Below are positions 24,485 through 38,000 of a stretch of DNA of 64,000 nt, piece by piece. Within the stretch, counting starts at the first letter, position 1; each line of letters starts with the position of its first letter. The stretch comes from Mobula hypostoma (lineage: Eukaryota): positions 146,198,001 through 146,262,000 of the forward strand of contig NC_086097.1 of the NCBI RefSeq assembly GCF_963921235.1. Direction: 5' to 3'. The position numbers were made by a program, and so were the translations under genes. The notes beneath the pieces were generated by a model. That model worked only from the letters and a program-made list of their open reading frames with translations, was not told where the DNA came from and did not search any database.

Positions 24485-25189
24485 GTGAAGTATTCAGCAT
24501 TCCATTCATTTTCTTTCTCGGTCATAGCTGCGGAGGTCAAGGGAACACAGTGAGCAGTTCTGGCTTGTGTTCTTAAAAGGGAACCTGTTTTATTAAACCT
24601 TGCTTAGAGGATTCTTAGACTTACTAGCAGGAAGTTTGTGATGGTTCCCTAAAATAAAATGGAAAAGTTAAGTACTTGGGCTTTCTGTTTGGTAAAGAGG
24701 AGAGTTAAGAGAGTGCACTAAAGATTTCAAAAAGAGCTGAGAAAATTAACCAGGTAGATTCAAGGATGCAGTAGGGCAGCAATAAGGATCTTCCTTATTT
24801 ACTTACATATCTAGATAAGTGATTCATATTAAATATACCAACTCAAGTTGAGACATTGAAACTGGTCTAAAAATATTAATGTAAAAGCTGGGTTGGACTA
24901 CAGTAGGCATAAGATAGAATAAGAATGGAGTGTGGGGTGAAGGGTGGGGGTTATTCACTTTCATTGATCCCGTTCAATGAGATCATGGCTGGCCTGTACC
25001 TTAACCCACTTGACTCCATATTTCTTAATATCTTAATCCACCAAAAGTCAAAATTTAAATTATTGATCAGCTAGAATCCATTTCTTAACATGGAAGAGAT
25101 TTTTTACATACTTTACCTGTCTCTCATTATGCTTAAAAAAACCTTTTAATCTCCCCGAATCAGCTGAATCATCATTTCTCTGAAACTGG

Positions 25190-25910
25190 GATCAGCATTT
25201 ATTGTCGGTACCTTAATGCCTTTGAAAAGGTGGTGCTGGACACCTTATGGAACTCGCGAGTCCCGCTGATGAAGTTATTCTTGTAGTGCTATTGGGTGGG
25301 GTGTTTAAGGATCTCAACCCAGCATTGATGAATGAATGGTGATTTAAATTCAAATCAAGATGATGTATGATTTCGAGGGGAACATGTAGGTTGCAATGCT
25401 CCCCTTCTTCATAATTTGGAAGGTTCTGCCAGAGTCGCTAGGTGGGTAATTGGAGTTCATTTATTTTGTAGATGGTACATACTACATTCACTCTGCGCCA
25501 TGGGTGGATGGGGCATCAGTCCAGTTGCTTTGTCCTGGGTGGTGCTGAGTTTCATGAGAGTTGCACTCATCCAAATGAGTGGAACACACTCCTGACTTGC
25601 ACCTTGTTGATGATACAAAGGGTTTGTTGTGTCAGGCGATGAGTTAATCTCCACAGGATCACCAACCTTTTATCTTATCTTGTCGTCATATTTATGTTGG
25701 AATTCTATATAAGTTTCTAGTTAATAACCACCCTCTAGGATACTGAAAGGGGGAGTGCAGTGAAGGTAATGCAGCTGAATGTCAACAGTCCCTTGTTGGC
25801 AATCATTATTGCCTACAGTTCGGTGGTGCAAATGGTATTTGTCACTTACCAGCTTATGCCTGAATGTTGTCTGGGTTTTGCTGCATACAGACATGATGTG
25901 CTTTGTTTTC
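25190..25910 (-). mobile_element. Old degenerate non-LTR retrotransposon 3' region
   Basis: Reverse-complement homologue of 20020-20715; AATAAA at its 3' end (tttatt near 25198). Confidence 0.5.
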
Positions 25911-25919
25911 TAAAGAAAT

Positions 25920-26250
25920 TTGATTTATAGTCATTGAAGTTTAGAAGAATGAGAGGTGCTTTTATTGAAAAATGCAATGATGAGGTTTATATTGAAATGG
26001 TTCCAATAGTTTAGAATTTTGAAAGAGGGGACACAATCACAAACTACTGCTTAAGTTTGCACAGATGATAGTGAATCTCTGGCATTTTCTGCTCCAGAGG
26101 ACTCTGAAGATACTGAAAGTAGGAAGTAGAAAAAAATACCAAATTGAGGGCAATGTGGATCTGGCACAGAAGAGGAGTTGAGGCCCAGGACAGACCAGCC
26201 ATGATCATACTGAAGCAGCTTTAAAGAGCTGAACGGCTTCCTCTTGCTCA
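25920..26250 (+). mobile_element. CR1 3' fragment
   Basis: tttagaagaatgagaggtg (F-R-R-M-R-G) and CR1-type 3' end cagccatgatcatactgaa...gctgaacggcttcctcttgctc. Confidence 0.6.
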
Positions 26251-27924
26251 TTTATTTAATCCTCAGAGAGTGATCAACACCGAAATGGGCCCGTCAGCCC
26301 AACTGGCCCATACTGACCCTAAGCTCAGTTGTAGGAGTTGTGAACGGCACCTTCTGCTACATCACTGGAAATAGTTTGCCAATTTATCAAAATTCCAACA
26401 CACAATAACCTCAATTTCAGGGAAGACATGTCTAATTTATATTTTTTGTATCAAACCACAACAGTTTAGTGACCTGTGTTCCTCCTTCTGAGAATCTCCA
26501 GAGTACTTAGCACACCGACATTTTTTTTAAAAAAAGCGATTGGAACCAAAATCCAAGATGAACAGCTGCACAGCCCTGCAATAAAATCTGCTGTAGCTTT
26601 GCCTTCTCAATTTATTTATCATTTTTTTTTGTAATTTATTCGATACTCCTGAAAAAGGTACCCCGGAAATAATTATATGTAGCTTTAATAAATTAATTGA
26701 CTGCAAAGTGTTTTAAGACGCTAAATAATTGCAAGTTTCACTCCATTGTGCTACTCATGAGGCTGAATTGGTTATGTTGTACAATATATCAGGCACAATG
26801 GTTCAATTTGCATCAGGCAAGAGCATCACATACTTTAACATGGCTGGATTTTGGATTTTAGAAGCATGCCCTAGCTTGCTAATCAAACTACAAGTTAATT
26901 AAATATCTCCCACAAGGACAACTTGTGTCCCTTTAAGGAACTGATTCAATAGTATTTGTTAAAAACAGTATATACATTCTTGCCATGCTATTTTTATCTG
27001 TCTTTGTTTTTTTTTATCTGAAGTGGTTTATTAATCTTCCACTTGATTCTGGTCAATGTTTGCTCAACTAGTGGCAGTTCTTTGGAAGCTCAGCATAGAA
27101 TGAAGCAGACGGACAGTTTTAGCTTCTGCAGTACGGGGCAGTTTCTGGTCGATACTAAAATGATTTCTGAACCAGATGATGGATGCATATCCTTACTTAA
27201 TACACTCCTGCCACCTATTGGAAGTTGTGGGGCACTACAGAATTAGAGCAGCACACACTTTTTTGTGATATTAACATTGGTCCTTGATCATGTCACACCA
27301 CTATCACCTATCAAACTCCAAGAGCTGACTTGCCCTTACATTGAAAGTAGTGTGACTGACATTGACTATATGAGTTTCCTAAAGCTGTTAATAAAGTACC
27401 ACACCATATTGTTAGTAAAATGAAAAGTAACGGATTCAATTGGACTGTAACATTGCGGACATAAAATTAGAAGAGAGACAAAAAGAAGAATAAATTGATT
27501 GATAAAGACTCGTTCTTCAGAACGAATAAGGAACAAAAGAGTGCCTTTCATGAGTAGAACCATTACAGCTGGCATATAGGCACAGACTTGGGACTGCAGT
27601 ACAGGGCTGGGGACAGCAAAACTCCAAGAAGCAGAGGAGTATTTGCAAGATTCAGTGGAACTGGACTATATTCTGGGATTCATCTTTGAATCTGAGGGAA
27701 TATCTCAGGGCTGTCACTGACTTCTCCCAGGCCTTGGCATGTGCCTTTGAGAAGACACTGAGTCTTCTCAAACCAGAAGCTCTGGATGAGCCAGAAGATT
27801 CACAGTCTGCCATATCTTGGCATTCAAGACAGGCAATCCTGAATCCTACAAGTTGTCCAGGTATGGCCATTGTGAGAGCAAAAAAACAACTCGAAGTGAA
27901 GCCAGAAAAAGAATCGCATGCACG

Positions 27925-28715
27925 ATAGCGGGATCATGATCAGCTAAGTGAGTGGGCTGAGGAATGGCAAGTGGAGTTTAATTCAGGTAAGTATCAGGTA
28001 TTGCACTTTGGACTTTCACAGGGCTTTGGAGTGTTGCAGATCAGAGGGACCCTAGAGTACAAGTACAAGGTACACTGAAAGTGGATTCGCAGGTAGACGG
28101 GGTGGAGAAGATGACGTTTGTCACGCTGGCCTCTACAAGTCAGCATTAAGAATAACATTTGGGAGGTCATGATACAGTTGTAGAGGACATTGGTGATGCT
28201 ACACTTGGAGTATTTTGTTCCGTTTCAGTCACCCTGTTATAGGAAAGATGTATTAAAACTGGAAAGAGTAGAGACAGATTTACAAGGATGCTGCCAGGAT
28301 TTAGTTACAGGGAGAGTTTGAATGGGCTACAATTAGACTGGGGGGAGAACTCCGAGAGGTGTATGAAATTGAGAGGGGCATAGATAGGGTAAAGACACTC
28401 CGTTTGTTTCCCTCCATTTGGGAAATCAAACACTAGGGATATATGTTTAAGTTGACAGGGAAGTGATTTAAGAAAACTTGAGGGCATTTTTTTTCAACAA
28501 AGGGGGTGCTATCTATTTGGAATCAGCTGCCAGAGGTAGTGGTTGAGGCAGGTACAATAACAAATTTTAGTAGACAGTTGGACAGGAACAGGGATTGGAA
28601 AGGTTTAGAAAGTTTTTGTCCACATGCTGTCAAATGAGACTAGCTTGGATGGAGCATCTGGTTGATGTGGACCAGTTGGGGCGAAAGGCCTGTTTCCATC
28701 CTGTACAACTCGATA
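27925..28715 (+). mobile_element. 5'-truncated degenerate CR1
   Basis: Decayed RT C-terminus (W-A-E-E-W-Q, QRD.., RFTRMLPG) and 3' hairpin region gaaaggcctgtttccat. Confidence 0.8.
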
Positions 28716-31054
28716 ACTCTATAAAAAGGAAGCTACTGCAACAACCATACTGCAGACAAGGAGTTGGATGGGATGCTGAATGTGCTTGTTCATGACAAGC
28801 TATGCTGTAAACATATGCAAATATTTCATCATGTATAGACTGGGATAAACATTCAATGAACAAGAAACACTTTTCAAAGCTGGTCATATTTCTTGTATGT
28901 TACTCTGCACACAGTTCTTTCTAGGTTAGAAATCGACAGGTAATATACATAGCACATGACTTGGTCCTAAAACCATATGCTGATGACAATAGCTTCTCTC
29001 CATTGCCCTCACCACAACTTTGTAATCTCTCTAACAAATCTCAAAAAAGAACAACTCCATATTTTCCAATCTAATTCTGAAGGAACTGAAATTCCTTTAT
29101 CTTTGAAATTATTCCAGTAAATCTTTTTTGCACTGTCACAAGAACTTTCCTAAATTTCTGGTAAGTAAAACTGAATAAAGCAAAAACACAAAAAGCTGGA
29201 AATGTGCAGCAGGCCTGGCAGTGTCTGTAGAGAGAGAAGCAGTTAACATTTCAAGTTCACCAACTTTTGTTAGAACCAAAACCACTGTTTAATTAAGATG
29301 AGAATGTCTGCTCCACAGTTATGCCTGTATAGGCTTTCTGTCTTTCCAACAGATTTGTAGAACATATTCTCGTCTAAATTATGAAATGTCTTTGATTTAT
29401 TTTTAGAACGTTACTTCTTGATAATACTTGACAAGCAGTAAAAAGGTCTCAGCAGATAGAGGTAAGAAAAGGCTGTGTTTGATGCTGCTGAAATTGATTG
29501 TTTTTGACTGTCTGAGTGCTCAACACTTTAGTTCTTTACTTCTTACCTAAATTTGGCTTCCACTAGTTCCCACTTGTTGTTCTGCTCTAAGCCAACCAGT
29601 TGTTACACCACTATTAATATTATATCAAGAAAGCACATTGCGCAACCATTTCCTATCAGTGATTGTTCTTCCTTCTTCCACACCACCCCCCACCACCACC
29701 TGCGGAGTTCTCCTTCCAAATTTCCATTCTCTACTGGGAGGTGGGGGGTCAAATGCAGCAGCCTTTACACTGAACTTCACGGCAGAGGGCTAGTATGGTC
29801 CACCTCACCAATTTTCTTTCTTCTGTTTTCATGTTTAATACTTTCTGTAAATATTGAAAGCACAAGGAGATTCATTTTTGGATGAATCTTTTGGTCTTGA
29901 TTGTTGAATATCCCCAAGAGGAAGTCAGGCGCAACAATTTACATTTATGTTACTATTAATCCTTAGAAATGTTAGTTAATACACCTGCAGACTGTAATTC
30001 CAGCCCTCGGTGATTTTGGGTAGATCTGAGAAGATACCGTTTTGCCACTTTTTATTATTTATAATCTATCACTGATTCACTTTAACCTCCGTCAAAAAGT
30101 AGTATGCAATCTTAATCTTTGGATATTGGTTAATGCAGTTAGGCCCATTTCAGTAAACCATCTCTATGCCTTGCTGCCATTCTACATAAAGAAAAATACC
30201 AATGAACTAGAGTTAAAAATTCATTTTGTTAATATTGCATTAGTAATAAGCAACATTCACCAATTCCTCACCCTAGTCAGGATCCAATCATAATCACTTA
30301 TTTGGTGCTCTTCAATTGACACTGTTGCCCATCTTTTTGCTGTTCAAATTGACAAACCATATTAATATCACATGCTAACTACTAATGCAAGAGATGATGT
30401 GTTCTTTAATGTGAAAATTTGTGTATTTTGTGGAAGTATGCTTGTTTATGCGTGAAATTTGCAGTGAATGAATTAGCAATATTTTAAAAGAATAGGAGAC
30501 TATCGTGATCAAAAGGCTATTGACACAAGCTTTCTAATTGTGTTCTAATACTGTTGCAAAAGCCATTGGGGAGATGGAATATTCCACTGACTGCAAGCAA
30601 CCCAAGCTCACTGGTCACCAACCCTTGAAATATGCTCTTTGGCATGGGATTTTATTGGGAGTAAGGTTGGCTAAAAAAGCACTGAAATCATTTGTAGTAA
30701 TTGGCCCATCTATAATAGTGCTCTGTTCTAAAATTCTTACTCTTATTGCCTTATCCCTCAGTTTCTGTGATCTCCTCCAACTCTATCTGGCTGTAAGATA
30801 TCTTTGCTCTAAATCTTGCTCTTCCTCATTTATTTTTGAATTATTTATTCCACCATTGAGAACCAAGGCCTGAATCTCTAAAATTCTTACCCTAAATTCT
30901 CTGCCCCACACTTGTTTCAATCCACGTCTTGAAATGTTCTTCTTTGGTCAGGTTTATCATCTCCAGCCTAATATTTCCTGATGTGTCGTGTTGATACTTT
31001 ATCAGATATTGTTTTGTTAAGACCAGAATATAAATGAAAATACCTGTTGATCAT

Positions 31055-31210
31055 GCAAACATGAGAAAATCTGCAGATGCTGGAAATTCAAGCAACACAC
31101 ACAAAATGCCAGTGGAACGCAGCAGGCCAAGCAGCATCTATAGGATGAAGTACAGTCAATGTTTCAGGTCGAGACCCTTCTTCCAGCAGCATTTTGTGTG
31201 TGTTTCTTGT
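31055..31210 (-). repeat. Penelope pLTR unit with short inverted partner
   Basis: rc pLTR (tctgcagatgctgg...acacacacaaaatg...gtttcaggtcgagacccttc) directly followed by + strand cagcattttgtgtgtgtt. Confidence 0.7.
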
Positions 31211-32048
31211 TGGTCATCATGTGTTTAATGCTAGAGTCTCTCAGTACACATCAGTTCTAGAATATTCCAGAAATAGTTGTCATTGTTCTCTTAAGCTTTC
31301 CAATACATTTACTACATTCTGAAGGTCAGATGCATAAATATGTTGGAAAGATAACCATGCCCACAGTCACTGCAATTTTTATATAAATTTAGGCAGCCTT
31401 GACTGGAATATGTCACGTTCACTCTTTTTGTGAGCCTTGTTCATTGAGGAAAAGTCTAGGGGCAGCGCAAGTTTTAGAGCTGCAGCCTCAAAGCTCAGCC
31501 ATTCTGTTTCAATCCTGACCTCATCTGGTGTCTTCGTGGTGTTTTCCATCACCCCGTGACAGTGCAAGTCTTCTCCGACTGCACCTAGCTTTTTTTCGCG
31601 TCCCAGTGTTGTGTGACTTGCTTGGTAATTTGTCCCTGGTGTGGAGGTGAGTGGTGGATTCTAGAGGAGTTGATGAGGATGGGGGGAGAGCATAACAGGA
31701 TGAGTTGGTGGTCAAGGTGGGTTCAATGGGTTGAAGCAGCTGCTTTTGTGTTGTCTGACTTTTTTAATAACTTGCTGTGCTGCTTTCTGTAATGTGAGGA
31801 TGTTCTCCTGAGTTTTGATAAAGCTGAGAACTGTGTGCTGTGCATTGATGCTCTTCTCTCGCCAACTTACTTTCCATGTTTTCTGCCAACACCACTAGTG
31901 AAAGGTTCAATAATTTTTCTTCTGCAAATCCATTTTAAGTTGTTCATAACTAACCATTTGAATTACATTTTGATTACCACTAAACCACACTGCATGAAGC
32001 AAGTGCCCTTGCTGATGAATCCTCACCTATAACCTTGTTTTACTAAAG

Positions 32049-35000
32049 ATGGCTCGGAACATGGATAAGATCCGATCATCGGAAGTGAGCCAGACCACGG
32101 AGGATGAATTTTTACCACCACCACCTCCTGATCTGCTTGAAGCTTCCACCAAGCCAGATGTAACAATGAAAGAGCAGACTCAAAAAATCTTACCCCCTCC
32201 ACGTCAGACCTTTGTCAAGTTCCATCAGCAACGGCAAATTAATGAATTGAAGAGGCTGTATAAGCACATGCACCCAGAGCTAAGGAAAAATTTGCAGGAG
32301 GTGGTCACTGAGGATTGGGCAGAAGTGCTGAATGCTGAACGCGTGGCTGCAGACTTAACAACTGGTGTCCACGGCAACAGTGATGCAGCACTTCAAACCG
32401 AGGTCCAGTCCATGCGCTGGATATTTGATAACTGGCCACTGGACACAATTGGAGATCACCAAGCTACTAAGAAGATGAAGGAAGAGGAGGCCATCCTCAG
32501 TGGAGATGTGAAGAGCACATCATGGAAGTTTGAAAACCAAACAATAGATGCCATCAGTTCCCAGCACTCTGAATTTTCTGCAAATTCCAGTGTTGCAAAA
32601 GAGCAAACAAAGGGTGATGTCCGCACAGCTTTGTGGCTGTTTGAAACTCAGCCAATGGATTCCCTGAATAAAATGTACTCCAAAGACAATGATCTACAAG
32701 AAGCAGTTCTGAAGGAACCATTACAAAAAGGAGATGTCAGAGGTACCAAGCTATTATTTGAAACTCATCCGTTGAGTGACTTGGGACGAAGCAACTCAAT
32801 GGAAGAAAGCAGCTTATTGCAACTGCGTTCAGAAGTACAAGAGGTGAAAGGGGATGTGAACAGAACCGTGAAGCTTTTTGAAACAGAGCCACTGTGTGCC
32901 ATTCGTGATACTGCCGGCAATATTCACCAGATCAAATCTATCTGCAGAGAAGAAATCCAACAGAGTGGTAATGTGCAAAGCACTCGGTGGCTATTTGAAA
33001 CACAGCCCCTCAGTAGCATTAACAGAGATTTCTCAAGGATGAAAATTATTCGAGGCATCTCCCTGGAAGGGACACAACAGGGGGGAAGTGTTGGCAAAAA
33101 GCGATGGCTCTTTGAAACACAGGCCTTGGACACCATCAAAGAGCAGACTGAGGAGTCAGACAGTAACATCGACGTCAGGGTGATAGAAGGAGGAGATGTA
33201 AATCAGAAATGCTGGCTTTTTGAAACTCAACCTCTTGACTCATTAAAAGAAAGTTCACCTGAAGAGCTATCTAAGGAACCAGTAATTGGAGGTAATGTGA
33301 ACTCTACTCTTTGGTTGTTTGAGACTCAGCCAATGGAAGTCCTGAAAGACAGCTTTGAAGTTAGCCAATTGAAAAGAGTTATTACAGAAGAAGAAAAGGG
33401 AGATGTGAAGCATAAGGCTCATGTGTTTGAAAGCTGTTCTATAGACAGCATCAACAAAGAACAATGTGACACTTCCAAAAGCAGTGAAGATACATTGGAG
33501 ATACAGAAGGGAGATGTCAAAGCTTACAAGTGTCTTTTTGAAACACTTCCCCTTGATTGTATTAAAAATTCTGAAGAAATATTAGTGGGGAATCATGTAG
33601 AAGTCTTGGGTGGAAATGTAAATGAGAACAGAGTTCTCTTTGAAACTGTCCCCCTTTATGCTATCATGGATGGTGCAGGCCACTGTCATCAAGTCAAGAC
33701 AGTAAGCCGAGAGCAAGTCATTAGTGGAGATGTCAAACACTATAAGTGGATGTTTGAAACCCGCCGCCTGGATCAGTTTGATGAAAGTACACAAAATGTG
33801 GAATTGGTTAAAGGCATCACCAAAGAGGAGATCCGATCCAACAACATGGAGACAACAAGGTGGCTATTTGAAACACAGCCGCTTGATGTAATCCACGCTA
33901 ATGTCAACAAAACAGAAAATCAGGGCTCTGAAAGGGAAGATTTAGTGAAAGGTGATGTGAGGACATGTAGGTGGCTGTTTGAAACACAGCCAATGGATGC
34001 TTTGTATGAAAAAGCTGAAGTTAAGCAAGACTGTGAAATGCAACCGAAAGGTGATGTCAAATCATACACCTGGCTCTTTGAAACACAAGCACTGGACAGC
34101 ATCAATGAGAATGAAGAGCAACACCTGAAAGTCCACACCATGCAAATGGATGATGTTAAAGGGGTTGATGTGAAGACTAAAAGATATCTGTTTGAAACAG
34201 AACAATGTGGAAATCTTGCTGGGGAATTTGATGCAGCTCAGAACATGAGGTACACAAGTGAAGTGGACATCCAGTCTGGGAAGGTGTCAAGAGTGAAAGA
34301 AATTTATCAGAGCACTTCACTCAGTGAAATAGGCGACACAGAAGAGAAGAGAAATAGCTTCACATCCTCAGAAGAGGATGGCACACAGCCGGGATCGGGC
34401 TGTGTACACAAGTTCACTTGGCTCTTTGAAAATTGCCCAATTAGCTCCATTAAAGAAACGCCTGAAGAGGCAATACCCAAGAGCACAATCACTGACGTAA
34501 AGGGGGGCGATGTTGGTGGCAAAAGGTTTGTTTTTGAGACCTATTCACTGGACCAAATAAAAGAGGACACTGATATGAAGGAATTGCATTCAACAAGGGA
34601 AGAAACTAATGCCAAGGGTGATGTGAAGTCATGCACCATGCTGTTCGAAACACAACCCCTCTATGCACTTCGGGATAAGGAAGGCCAGTATCATGAAGTT
34701 ACTACAGCAAAGAAAGAGGAAATCATGAAGGGTGATGTAAGAGGAACCAGGTGGCTCTTTGAAACAAAACCATTGGACACAATCAGGCCAATGGATGAGG
34801 TATTTGTGATCAGAGCTGTCACACAGGAAGATGTGCACAAAGGAGATGTGACAGCAGCTCGATGGAAATTTGAGACCCAGCCTTTGGATTCAATCAGAGA
34901 TGAAGCACAGCCAAGAATAAAGGTAGTGGATGAGGTTCAGGGAGGAGATGTTCAATCAAACAAGCAACGCTTTGAAGGGCAACAAGCAAGCCAGAGATAT

Positions 35001-38000
35001 GTGAGGATGGTTAGTGTCAGTGATGTTCAGAGTGGAGATGTCAGGACATCAACTTGGCTGTTTGAAAACATGCCCATTGACTGTTTGAAGGGAGAAACTG
35101 AAGAAACCACGGGTACGACGACAGTCCAACGAGAAGATATACAGAAAGGGGATGTGAAGAGATGTACTTGGCTGTTTGAGTCCCAACCACTGGATAGCCT
35201 AAAAGATTCAGACTTTTCAATTGACAAAGAAACCAAGGAGGAAGTGACTTGTGCAGATGTAAAGACTACAACATGGTTGTTTGAAACAACACCTTTAGAC
35301 ACATTCATTCTTTCACAATGTAGCACAGAAAGCACCAAGATGACAGAACAAAATATCCGTACAAGCTTGGAAACCCTCATCAACTCTGGAGCCATCAAGT
35401 CAAAGGGACTTATTATTGAATCAAGTGAGACAGGCATTCTAAAAATGGCCAAATATCAACTGATGAGTCAGAATGATCCACATATTCTCAAAGAAGAAGT
35501 TATAGGTGGAAACATGCAGAGAATTCTGATGCAGTTACTTCAAAGGAAGGAATCCCTTTATTCTGAAGGTATCATGCTGAAGGAAGATGAAAACGGAAGG
35601 ATTTCTCAAAGTAAGATTCAGCTTTTTGGCCAGTCAGGAGTTAACATTAATGAAAAGATTGTTAAAGAAGAAAGCACTCATACAATTTCTAGCTTTTTAA
35701 TGGAAGACAGTAAAATGAAACAAGGGATTTTGATTCAAGAAACCGACAAAGGAATTGCTCAGATTACCATCTATTCTCTTGTTAACCGGCCTCAATTTGA
35801 GGAGGTTGAAAATGGGACAATCAAAGGAGATGTAAAGTCTACAATTAATAGTCTTCTTGCTTCAACTCAGCAGCAGACTGCATCAACAGTAAAACGTGAG
35901 AAAAATGAAAGAGGAAATGTACAACTTTACACAACGTGCATTGAATCTGGGACACTGGACTATCTCAAAGGCCATCAGGAGGATTCTGATGATCCTGATG
36001 TTTCCTCTCAGGAAAAGGAGATTGTACGTGGTGATGTTGAAGGTGCCATAAGAAACCTAACAGAGAGCAGAGGCCAAATTGAAAAGTCAGTTGCTGATAT
36101 TATACCAGGAGATGTCCAAGGAACCAAAAAATACTTTTTAACAGAAGCACAGCGAGGCCAATGTGTTACTCAGAGAGATGGTGCATTTGATGCTGATGTC
36201 AGTTTTGCTCATCAGACCTTTGGGCAGGCTGCGAATGCAGGATTAAAAGACGAAATTGCACCTGGTGATGTTAAAACCAAGATGCAGTCACTGGACAATG
36301 TAAAATACCAAACAAAAATCCTGGATATGGAACATATTCCTCGCGGTAATGTGAAGGACCCGCTGCAGGAGTCAATATGTGATAAGAAAGAAGCAAGAGT
36401 AAAAGAGTGTACAGAATCCAGCTTTTGCTCACGAAGTGAAGGCTCCATCAGAGTTTCTAAGATGGGTGCAGAAAATGCCACAGGTCAGGACCTTCAGACA
36501 GCAATGGAGAACCTCAGAGAAGTTACTGCCAAAGCACATAGCATACAGCAGAAATCTAGGGTGCAAGAACATTTCCAGAGGAAATCACAAAGTACAGCAG
36601 AAGCTCCAGAACATTGTCACCAAGGCAATCAATTCAGGAATACGCTGGAGAAAGAGACAAAGAAGCACGCTCAGATCTCCACACAACAGCAAAGCAGTGC
36701 AGCATCAAGACATCAAGCAAGTGCCCATGTGACTGTCAAGCAGTACCAACAACTAAAGAGCCAACAGGATAGTCATCAGGTCAGTGCCTCTGTGGGAACG
36801 GAAGGACTTGTGGCGTTTGTGGCTTGCTCAAGTGAAAGTCAGAAATGTGAACACTTAACTGACATAGTTCAAAGCAGCAGAGGTGAGATGAGAGCTGCCT
36901 CAGAACAGATGCTGTCTCACGGTCAGCACTTGTTCAATACCTTAGAGAAGGAAGATCGGGCAGTAGCAGATCAGGAAATAATTGTCAAGGGCGACATAAA
37001 GTCAACTATAGAAGCTTTAAAGGATTCAGTGACAGAGCAAAGATCCATTGAGAAAGATGAGGTGGTCCGAGGTAATTTGCAGGCAGCTCTCCAATCCCTG
37101 GGAAAAGCTAATATGAACGTATCCAAAGGCGATTTTAAAGCCGCCATGATATATAGAACAGCAGGCCAGTCACATTCACGTGACCAAAAGAAGAGTGGTG
37201 TTAGAACTGTTTGTAATCAGATTTCACTACCACAGTCTGATGTTGAGTTTCCTTCTGCAGTTCCAGTGACAAAGTCCACTGTACCGTCGAACAAAGCTTG
37301 TGGCCATCTTCCAGTGGAAGGCACCCCTCTTCCTTTAAACCAGACAAGTCCACCTGCAGTGAAAAATCCAGCTTCGTCGCAATTTCCTCCACTACTTCCA
37401 CTCAAGACGAAGGAACAAAACATCGCAAATAAACCATCTATTGCACCAAAGCCACCTTCAATCCCTCCAAGACACATGCCAGTGCAGGGTGGGAAACCTA
37501 CTCTGCCTCCTAAACCAGAATATTTGCAAGTAATCCATGCTGTTCCAAGTCCACCCCCTCCACCAAGAAACTATGCATCAGTCATGCCTAAATCAAACCC
37601 ATTACCTCCAGTTGTGTGCAAATCACCTCCAGTAAAACCTACAAGAGCATCACTTCCTACAGTAACTACCACTCCATCAAAGTGTCAGGAAATGGAGCCA
37701 GAGAGGCAACAAGAACAGCTTCATTTGGAAGAAAAATCCACCACAATGCCTTCTTACACCACGGTAAAGAAAACTCCTTTGCAGTTGGCAGAGGAGAAAT
37801 ACAGGAAAGAAAAGGAAGGGCAGAGCAAGTTAAATGCGATGGTAACTCACCCATTATCAAATATACCACTGCAAGAGATGCAGCAGAGAGGAAGAAACTC
37901 CACTGGATGTCTTGATTACACCAACGTCTCCATGACAAGAGAACCAGAAGTGATACCTAACCAACAGAATGCTGCAGCGGAAGTCCAGCGGTTCGCACAG

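Noticed and set aside
27640..27870. Possible Tx1/L1 ORF2 C-terminal remnant (AHAKAWEK) on the - strand
   Set aside because: Similarity too weak to call without a search
32400..35305. Regularly spaced TGGCTxTTTGAAAC repeats resembling a CRISPR-like array
   Set aside because: They are codons of the Xin repeats with synonymous variation, in a vertebrate gene; no cas genes
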